Source: a virus (lineage: Duplodnaviria > Heunggongvirae > Uroviricota > Caudoviricetes). From it: a stretch of DNA of 4,093 bases. The DNA is taken from IMG/VR virus record IMGVR_UViG_2541047427_000008; one strand, given 5' to 3'. Shown piece after piece: positions 1 to 4,093 of this stretch. A model generated the notes under the pieces. That model had not been told where the DNA came from, did no database searches, and saw only the letters and a list, made by a program, of their open reading frames with translations. The translations under genes were made by a program, and so were the position numbers. Each line of letters begins with the position of its first letter. Position 1 is the first letter of the stretch.

Positions 1-468
1 GGCGCGATGACTGAACAGCAAATCCGGCAGGTCTGCCGTCAGTGCATGGACCGCTGCCGGGCGGGTGAAACGTGGCCTCCGGACCTGGCTGAGTTTGTGG
101 CGTTGATTTCGGAGAGCGGGGCAAATCCATTTGGCCTGACGGTGGATGCCGTGATGGAGGAGTACCGTCGCTGGAGGAATGAATCCTGGCGGTACGACGG
201 GAGTGATAAATACCCGTGGCCACAGCCGGTGCTGTACCACATTTGCCTCGAGATGCGTGACAGAGGGATTGAGCGGCAGATGACGGAAGGTGAGTTAAAA
301 CGACTTGCAGAACGGCAACTGACGAAATGGGCAAAGCAAGTTGGTAACGGGATGAGTATTCCCCCGATCCGGAGACAACTCGCATCGCCGAAGTGCCCGC
401 AAGGGCCAACGCCAATTGAATTACTGAAACAGGAATACGAGCGCCGGAAGGCGGCTGGTTTTGTTTGA
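1..468 (+). CDS. Lambda P-family replication protein (helicase loader), C-terminal part; 5' end lies outside the window
   Basis: Frame 1 is open from base 1 to the TGA at 466-468, so the ATG at 7 is probably internal. The translation shows blocks recalled from lambda P's C-terminal half (PPDLAEFVALI, SDKYPWPQPVLYHIC, MTEGELKRLAERQL). Position just upstream of nin-like genes fits. Similarity is from memory, not a search. Confidence 0.7.
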   Translation, partial: GAMTEQQIRQVCRQCMDRCRAGETWPPDLAEFVALISESGANPFGLTVDAVMEEYRRWRNESWRYDGSDKYPWPQPVLYHICLEMRDRGIERQMTEGELKRLAERQLTKWAKQVGNGMSIPPIRRQLASPKCPQGPTPIELLKQEYERRKAAGFV

Positions 469-501
469 ATCTGAGAAACGATTTTGTCGGAGGAAATTTT
501 A

Positions 502-1218
502 ATGGAAACCGTATCTGACGCACTGAAAGCACTGAAAAGAGCCTCTTCACATGTGGTGGCAGCTCGCCTTGGAATTAGTCGTGAAGAGGCTGTCAACGAA
601 CTGTGGAAACTGAAACGCCGTGGAGAAGCGGATAACAAGGGGGCGATATGGTGGCTGACTCAGGCTGGTGAAAGTGAACCGGTGTCACCGGTACCGAAAG
701 TGACGGCGCAAATGCTGACAGAGGCGATTGAACAACATGGCCCACAAACGGCGGATGAACTGGCATTGATGTTCGGAATTACCTCCCGCCGGGCGAATTC
801 ATCGCTGGCAATGGCAATCAGCAAAGGGTGTCTGATTCGCGTGAATCAGGATGGTAAATTTCGTTACTGCATACCGGGCGTTGATTTACCGGCAGAGCCG
901 AAAGCAGCATCCGTAGCTGAAACGGAGGGTAAAGCCCTTCCTCAGCCAGCTGGTGTTGCGTTACCAGTCCAGGAAACGGCTGCACAGGAAGAAATTAAAA
1001 CAGAAGCGGTGGAGGACATTGTGAAGTTGCAGCAATCGTTCACTGAAGCGAAAGCAGATGACCTGATTCTACCATCGCTGCATGTGGCTAACCGCGAGCT
1101 GCGCCGGGCGAAAAGTAATGTTCAGAAGTGGGAGCGAGTCTGTGCTGCGCTACGGGAACTGAACAAACACAGGGATATTCTCCGGGATATTACCGCCACC
1201 AGAGAGCAGCAGCGGTGA
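502..1218 (+). CDS. Phage protein, DUF1627-like, with two winged-helix-like segments and a coiled-coil C-terminus
   Basis: ATG at 502 preceded by GGAGG at 488-492 (9-nt spacing); the track's start at 484 is a TTG and less likely. 239 codons ending at TGA 1216-1218. HTH-like segments [19 protein letters not shown] and [27 protein letters not shown]1627 label is recollection and unverified. Confidence 0.75.
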   Translation: METVSDALKALKRASSHVVAARLGISREEAVNELWKLKRRGEADNKGAIWWLTQAGESEPVSPVPKVTAQMLTEAIEQHGPQTADELALMFGITSRRANSSLAMAISKGCLIRVNQDGKFRYCIPGVDLPAEPKAASVAETEGKALPQPAGVALPVQETAAQEEIKTEAVEDIVKLQQSFTEAKADDLILPSLHVANRELRRAKSNVQKWERVCAALRELNKHRDILRDITATREQQR

Positions 1219-1532
1219 GTGGCTGGAAGAAGTGGCGCTGGGCTGAAATCCTGATACTCCGGCAGTGTGCGGGAACGATGAGAGTCGAAAGCATCGGTTA
1301 TCTGATTGGCCGTAGTGAGTCAGCCGTCAGGACGAAAGCGCGGGAACTGGGTATCAGCATGATGTTACGGGGTGATTATCACCAGTCAGCCAAATGTTCA
1401 CAGCGTGATATTGAGCTGGCGTGGCAACTGCATCAGCGTGGTGTACCCCGACGGGAAATTGCCGAAAAGTTTGGGATGAAGTTGGGCGCAGTGAATAACT
1501 ACGTTTATTTCGACAGGAGGGTTCAGGAGTGA
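1215..1532 (+). CDS. Small protein with two helix-turn-helix motifs (putative DNA-binding regulator)
   Basis: In-frame GTG at 1215 overlaps the upstream stop (GTGA at 1215-1218), suggesting translational coupling; alternative ATG start at 1278. Motifs [21 protein letters not shown] and [18 protein letters not shown] resemble sigma-70 region 4 / LuxR-type HTH. The part of the track ORF upstream of 1215 overlaps the previous gene and is probably not translated. Confidence 0.65.
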   Translation: MSGWKKWRWAEILILRQCAGTMRVESIGYLIGRSESAVRTKARELGISMMLRGDYHQSAKCSQRDIELAWQLHQRGVPRREIAEKFGMKLGAVNNYVYFDRRVQE

Positions 1533-1831
1533 GGGTGAGGGTTTATATCGCCGGTCCGATGACGGGATATGAAAATTTTAACCGCGAGGCATTTCACAAA
1601 ACGGAAGAGGTGCTGAAACGGGAAGGGCATACCGTTTTAAACCCGGCAGTACTTCCGGACGGGCTGACTCAGCCACACTACATGGATATTTGCATGGCAA
1701 TGCTCCGTTGCGTGGATGCGGTTTACATGCTGAAAGGCTGGCAGCAGTCGGCAGGTGCAGGGGCTGAGCTGGCACTGGAGGAGAAACCGGGCCATGCGGT
1801 GATTTTTCAGGAGGTGGGCAGTGAATATTGA
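1529..1831 (+). CDS. DUF4406 / nucleoside 2-deoxyribosyltransferase-like protein
   Basis: GTG at 1529 overlaps the upstream TGA (1530-1532); alternative GTG at 1535 with GGAG at 1526-1529. N-terminal VYIAGPMTGYENFNREAFHKTEEVLKREGHTVLNPA matches the family hallmark as I recall it. 100 aa. Confidence 0.8.
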   Translation: MRVRVYIAGPMTGYENFNREAFHKTEEVLKREGHTVLNPAVLPDGLTQPHYMDICMAMLRCVDAVYMLKGWQQSAGAGAELALEEKPGHAVIFQEVGSEY

Positions 1832-2138
1832 CCCGGCGATAACGATTGATATGGCCCTGAACGCCGGCCTGGCACTTCTTGGTTATTTCTACATTATGTT
1901 CTGCAGCGGACGATGGCTGTCACTGTTGTTCATGAAAAAATGGAATAAACGCCGTAAGCAGGAGCAACGCCAGAAGGCAATGGATGCATTTTTCGAAGCC
2001 TTCGGAATTGACGGCATGGAACCAGGGGATCCAGCTCGCGCAATCAGCAGAGGGGGTGTAGTAATCCTTGTATATCGGAGTGAAGAGAAAAATGACGATC
2101 ACAAAACAACGTGTAGAAGAAATCATATCCCGCATTGA
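1821..2138 (+). CDS. Small membrane protein: one N-terminal transmembrane helix followed by a basic segment
   Basis: GTG at 1821 with GGAGG at 1809-1813 (7-nt spacing), overlapping the upstream gene end by 11 nt. Hydrophobic ITIDMALNAGLALLGYFYIMFCSGRWLSLLF followed by KKWNKRRKQEQRQK. The 3' part overlaps the next gene, so true extent is uncertain. Confidence 0.5.
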   Translation: MNIDPAITIDMALNAGLALLGYFYIMFCSGRWLSLLFMKKWNKRRKQEQRQKAMDAFFEAFGIDGMEPGDPARAISRGGVVILVYRSEEKNDDHKTTCRRNHIPH

Positions 2139-2409
2139 AATGTATGGACATGGTGCAGGGTATATCGCAGACGAGGTTAATGATCTGGCTATACTGGCGC
2201 TGAATTTATCAAATATCGCGAACCTGAAGCGATACGAGCTTGATATGGGAGGTTGCGACTCGTGCGGTCAGGATTGTGGCGCTGATATGACTGAAGATCC
2301 TGATGGTGATTATGTCCTGTTTGATGACGTGGTTAAGTTGTTTGAATTTGATACAACCACTCAAAAGTTAGAAATCCCGGCAAAGGAGGCAGCCAGTGGG
2401 CAAGATTGA
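2092..2409 (+). CDS. Hypothetical strongly acidic protein with a C-x2-C-x3-C motif
   Basis: ATG at 2092 (MTITKQRVEE...); the track start at 2068 is a TTG, and an ATG at 2140 is an alternative. About 22 Asp/Glu versus about 8 Lys/Arg in 105 aa by my hand count. Motif CDSCGQDCG. Ends at TGA 2407-2409. No family recognised. Confidence 0.6.
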   Translation: MTITKQRVEEIISRIEMYGHGAGYIADEVNDLAILALNLSNIANLKRYELDMGGCDSCGQDCGADMTEDPDGDYVLFDDVVKLFEFDTTTQKLEIPAKEAASGQD

Positions 2410-2833
2410 CTATCAGGCACTGCGTGAGGCAGCACAAAACTATCAATCGACGCTGGCGTGGTATCAGGCTACCCCGGACAGCCCAAATGCTGAACGGGAT
2501 TGTGATGCGGCTCTTGCTGCGTTTAAGCGTCACATCCGTCATCGGGAAGCGGATATTATCGCTGATTTGCTGGATGGACTGGAAGAAGCAAAATCACAAC
2601 TCAACGAGCAGCGTGAGTATTACGAAGGCGTTATCTCTGATGGGAGCAAGCGTATTGCTGAACTGGAAGCGCGGGAAGTTCAATTACCGACTCGCTACGA
2701 CCTTCGATATGGACACCCGATAAATGCAGATGAGCGACATGTCATGATACCTAAAGAAAATGGCAGTTGGCTTTACCTGATTGACCTAGAACACGCATTA
2801 CGCGTCGCTGGCATTCGCATCAAAGGAGAGTGA
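2396..2833 (+). CDS. Hypothetical protein with a central coiled-coil-like segment
   Basis: GTG at 2396 with AAGGAGG at 2383-2389 (6-nt spacing), overlapping the upstream gene by 14 nt. 145 aa with heptad-like IADLLDGLEEAKSQLNEQREYYEGV...RIAELEAREVQL. Faint resemblance to Ead/Ea22-like prophage proteins, not assertable. Confidence 0.65.
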   Translation: MGKIDYQALREAAQNYQSTLAWYQATPDSPNAERDCDAALAAFKRHIRHREADIIADLLDGLEEAKSQLNEQREYYEGVISDGSKRIAELEAREVQLPTRYDLRYGHPINADERHVMIPKENGSWLYLIDLEHALRVAGIRIKGE

Positions 2834-2834
2834 G

Positions 2835-3026
2835 ATGAACGGACAAATATCAATTGTTCGACCAGGAGCATGTGACGATCGCGAAATACGAATGATTATT
2901 CGTCTGGCGATGGGGAAAACAATAACTGCTCTCATTACTCCAGAAAATCTCGCATTAGCATTAACAGGAAAGTCAGACATGCCAGTAGAGCTAAAGCTGC
3001 GAAATGTTGAGATTAAGGTGAAATAG
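2835..3026 (+). CDS. Hypothetical small protein (63 aa)
   Basis: ATG at 2835 one base after the upstream stop (TGAGATG), with AAGGAGAG at 2822-2829. Ends at TAG 3024-3026. The overlapping - strand ORF 2798-3070 has no start context and antisense-like composition. Confidence 0.55.
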   Translation: MNGQISIVRPGACDDREIRMIIRLAMGKTITALITPENLALALTGKSDMPVELKLRNVEIKVK

Positions 3027-3028
3027 CT

Positions 3029-3586
3029 ATGACCACTATTACCAAAGATCGACTGCTGACAATCCAGCATTGGCGCGAAACATACGGACCGGGTAGCAAC
3101 GTTGTGCTTCCAGCAGAAGAAGCGGAAGAGCTGGCACGGATTGCGCTGGCATCACTGGCAGCAGTATCGGATGAACGAGCAGCCTATGAATTATTTATGG
3201 AGAAGCGTTTCGGAGAATCTGTAGATCGCCGCAGAGCAAAAAATGGCGATAGAGAATACATGGCATGGGATATGGCGCTTGGCTGGATTATCTGGTGTCA
3301 CCGCGCCGCCATGCTTCAGGCTGGAAACTTTCGGGAAAATAAGGGTTCGTCAACCAATAATTTTCGGATAATCTCGGAAACGTCAACCAACTCTCCGGCA
3401 ATCCCTGATGAGGTGTTGTCCGCAATCCTGAAGGTCGCCAGGCTTCGTGCAGATTTCGATGCTTCTGAAGTGGACAGGCGAGGTATCGGTAGTTGTCTGG
3501 ATGAGGCCGAGCAAGAACTTATCGTTACCATTAACGAATACGCCAGTCAGATCGCAGTAGAAGCGACACAGGGGGAGAACCAATGA
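3029..3586 (+). CDS. Hypothetical protein (185 aa)
   Basis: ATG at 3029 two bases after the upstream TAG, with AAGGTGA at 3013-3019 as a possible ribosome-binding site. Contains an internal imperfect tandem repeat. Ends at TGA 3584-3586. No family recognised. Confidence 0.65.
   Translation: MTTITKDRLLTIQHWRETYGPGSNVVLPAEEAEELARIALASLAAVSDERAAYELFMEKRFGESVDRRRAKNGDREYMAWDMALGWIIWCHRAAMLQAGNFRENKGSSTNNFRIISETSTNSPAIPDEVLSAILKVARLRADFDASEVDRRGIGSCLDEAEQELIVTINEYASQIAVEATQGENQ
3326..3391 (+). repeat. Imperfect tandem direct repeat of 2 x 33 bp inside the 3029-3586 CDS
   Basis: Units 3326-3358 and 3359-3391 match at about 22 of 33 positions by hand alignment, each ending in an identical CGTCAACCAA (3348-3357 and 3381-3390). 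Confidence 0.5.
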
Positions 3587-3660
3587 GCCGGCCAGATGCA
3601 TTTGCAGGCGTTGCTATAGCTATTGCTTTTCTAGTATATGTTATTTGTCGGTGGGGGTAA
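3583..3660 (+). CDS. Putative 25-aa hydrophobic mini-protein (MSRPDAFAGVAIAIAFLVYVICRWG)
   Basis: ATG at 3583 overlaps the upstream stop (ATGA at 3583-3586), preceded by GGGGGAG at about 3572-3578. Single hydrophobic stretch; stop TAA 3658-3660. Not in the ORF track, presumably below its length cutoff. Short ORFs arise by chance, so this is tentative. Confidence 0.35.
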   Translation: MSRPDAFAGVAIAIAFLVYVICRWG

Positions 3661-3695
3661 AAACGTTCGCCGGGATTCACACCAAGGGAGGGAAT

Positions 3696-3800
3696 ATGTC
3701 GGATGATATTTCACTGGTAATGGAAGGCGCTCTGGCTGTTATTGCTGTTGTGGGTGTTTACTGCCTGGTTGTGTTTTTGATGGAGCGCCTGGGGAACTGA
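3696..3800 (+). CDS. Putative 34-aa single-pass membrane peptide (MSDDISLVMEGALAVIAVVGVYCLVVFLMERLGN)
   Basis: ATG at 3696 preceded by AAGGGAGGG at 3684-3692 (about 4-nt spacing). Acidic N-terminus then a roughly 20-residue hydrophobic helix; stop TGA 3798-3800. Not in the ORF track. Confidence 0.45.
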   Translation: MSDDISLVMEGALAVIAVVGVYCLVVFLMERLGN

Positions 3801-3810
3801 ATTCATTCCG

Positions 3811-3826
3811 TATGGGAATTCCCATA
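3811..3826. repeat. 16-bp perfect palindrome TATGGGAATTCCCATA, possible dimeric protein-binding site
   Basis: Exactly self-complementary, centred on GAATTC. Sits between the 34-aa peptide stop (3800) and the predicted hok promoter -35 (3841). No downstream U-run, so not an intrinsic terminator. Confidence 0.6.
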
Positions 3827-3840
3827 TCGGGCAAAACGGT

Positions 3841-3868
3841 TTGCTGTAAAGCGAGAGTTAAGTAGAAT
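3841..3868 (+). promoter_or_regulatory. Predicted sigma-70 promoter for the hok-like mRNA
   Basis: -35 TTGCTG (3841-3846), 16-bp spacer, -10 TAGAAT (3863-3868). Predicted start near 3875, just before GCTTGAGGCT (3879-3888), which matches the 5' end of plasmid R1 hok mRNA as I recall it. Confidence 0.5.
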
Positions 3869-3874
3869 TGCTGC

Positions 3875-4043
3875 GGGTGCTTGAGGCTGTCTGCCTCGGG
3901 CATGCCACCGTAAGGCAGACAGAGAAAAGCCCCAGTTAACATTACGCGTCCTGCAAGACGCCTAACATTAATCTGAGGCCAATTTCATGCTAGACACATG
4001 TAGGTTAGCCTCTTACGCGCCGAAAGGCAAGGAGAAGCAGGCT
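3875..4043 (+). other. Structured 5' leader of the hok-like mRNA, including a 10-bp stem and a mok-like upstream start
   Basis: Inverted repeat CTGTCTGCCT (3887-3896) / AGGCAGACAG (3913-3922) with a 16-nt loop. Downstream blocks AGCCTCTTACGCGCC and GCAAGGAGAAGCAGGCTATGAAG resemble hok-family leaders. ATG at 3987 with GAGG at 3975-3978 is in frame with the hok ATG. Confidence 0.55.
3930..3995 (-). ncRNA. sok: Predicted Sok-like antisense RNA (antitoxin of a type I toxin-antitoxin pair)
   Basis: By analogy with R1 hok/sok. Minus-strand promoter-like elements: -35 TTGCCT (complement of 4025-4030), 17-bp spacer, -10 TAACCT (complement of 4002-4007). Transcript would cover the mok-like start region. 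A short hairpin GCGTC-N6-GACGC is present, but ends are guessed and no clean terminator is seen. Confidence 0.35.
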
Positions 4044-4093
4044 ATGAAGCAGCAAAAGGCGATGTTAATCGCCCTGATCGTCATCTGTATTAC
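4044..4093 (+). CDS. hokD: Hok/Gef-family type I toxin, HokD/RelF-like; first 16 codons only, truncated by window end
   Basis: ATG at 4044 preceded by AAGGAGAAG at 4029-4037. Translation MKQQKAMLIALIVICI matches the HokD/RelF N-terminus as I recall it (MKQQKAMLIALIVICLTVIV...). Confidence 0.85.
   Translation, partial: MKQQKAMLIALIVICI

Noticed and set aside
484-501. TTG start at 484 and TTG start at 2068 as given in the ORF track
   Set aside because: The track extends ORFs to the most upstream alternative start. ATG at 502 and ATG at 2092 have better-placed Shine-Dalgarno sequences.
39-638. 199-aa ORF on the - strand across the P-like gene and the DUF1627-like gene start
   Set aside because: It lies fully antisense to two well-supported + strand genes, has no ribosome-binding site, and its Ser/Arg-rich composition is typical of an antisense shadow frame.
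1128-1214. Upstream extension of the HTH protein ORF
   Set aside because: It lies wholly inside the DUF1627-like gene in another frame. The GTG at 1215 overlapping the upstream stop, or the ATG at 1278, is a more plausible start.
1578-1775. 65-aa ORF on the - strand inside the DUF4406 gene
   Set aside because: Antisense to a gene with a recognisable conserved motif; no start context; Pro/Ala/Arg-rich shadow-like composition.
1920-2135. 71-aa ORF on the - strand opposite the small membrane protein gene
   Set aside because: All supported genes run on the + strand in a coupled operon. Its hydrophobicity is a mirror effect of the sense-strand membrane helix, and it has no ribosome-binding site.
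2333-2542. 69-aa ORF on the - strand
   Set aside because: Antisense across the junction of two coupled + strand genes, with no start signals.
2406-2723. 105-aa ORF on the + strand in an alternative frame
   Set aside because: It is entirely inside the 2396-2833 gene in another frame, has no ribosome-binding site, and gives an Arg-rich low-complexity translation. The 2396 frame has the strong AAGGAGG site and coiled-coil sequence.
2798-3070. 90-aa ORF on the - strand overlapping the 63-aa + strand gene
   Set aside because: The + strand ORF has a ribosome-binding site and sits one base after the upstream stop; the - strand ORF has neither and reads like a shadow frame.
3316-3601. Two overlapping - strand ORFs of 71 and 72 aa
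   Set aside because: Both are antisense to the 3029-3586 gene and have no start context.
3811-3835. The palindrome as a Rho-independent terminator for the upstream operon
   Set aside because: It could form only a 6-bp stem with a 4-nt loop and is followed by TCGGGCAAAACGG rather than a U-run.
3739-3942. 67-aa ORF on the - strand across the 34-aa peptide gene and the hok promoter and leader
   Set aside because: It spans a region better explained by a promoter and a conserved hok leader structure, with no ribosome-binding site. The real antisense element here is expected to be a short non-coding Sok-like RNA further right.
1-4093. Chi sites, CRISPR repeats, tRNA or rRNA genes, insertion-sequence ends, attachment-site repeats, and a Q antiterminator gene
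   Set aside because: Scanning by eye found no GCTGGTGG or its complement, no regularly spaced repeats, no tRNA-like cloverleaf segments and no long terminal inverted repeats. None of the ORFs resembles a Q antiterminator or integrase; these presumably lie outside the window.

Overview
The window reads as the early-right (nin-like) region of a lambdoid enterobacterial prophage, with every supported gene on the + strand and packed as a translationally coupled operon. It opens with the 3' part of a lambda P-family replication gene, cut by the window edge. Next come a DUF1627-like protein, a small protein with two helix-turn-helix motifs, a DUF4406 / nucleoside 2-deoxyribosyltransferase-like protein, a small membrane protein, and a block of four unrecognised genes at 2092-3586 that looks more AT-rich. 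Two very short hydrophobic peptide ORFs follow, which the ORF track did not report. The window ends in a hok/sok-type type I toxin-antitoxin locus: a 16-bp perfect palindrome, a sigma-70-like promoter, a structured leader with a 10-bp stem, a predicted antisense Sok-like RNA on the - strand, and the first 16 codons of a HokD/RelF-like toxin. No rRNA, tRNA, CRISPR array, transposon or integrase is visible. The candidates for something undescribed are the 2092-3586 cargo block (including a strongly acidic Cys-motif protein) and the two mini-peptide ORFs. All family assignments are from motif recognition and memory, not from a database search.
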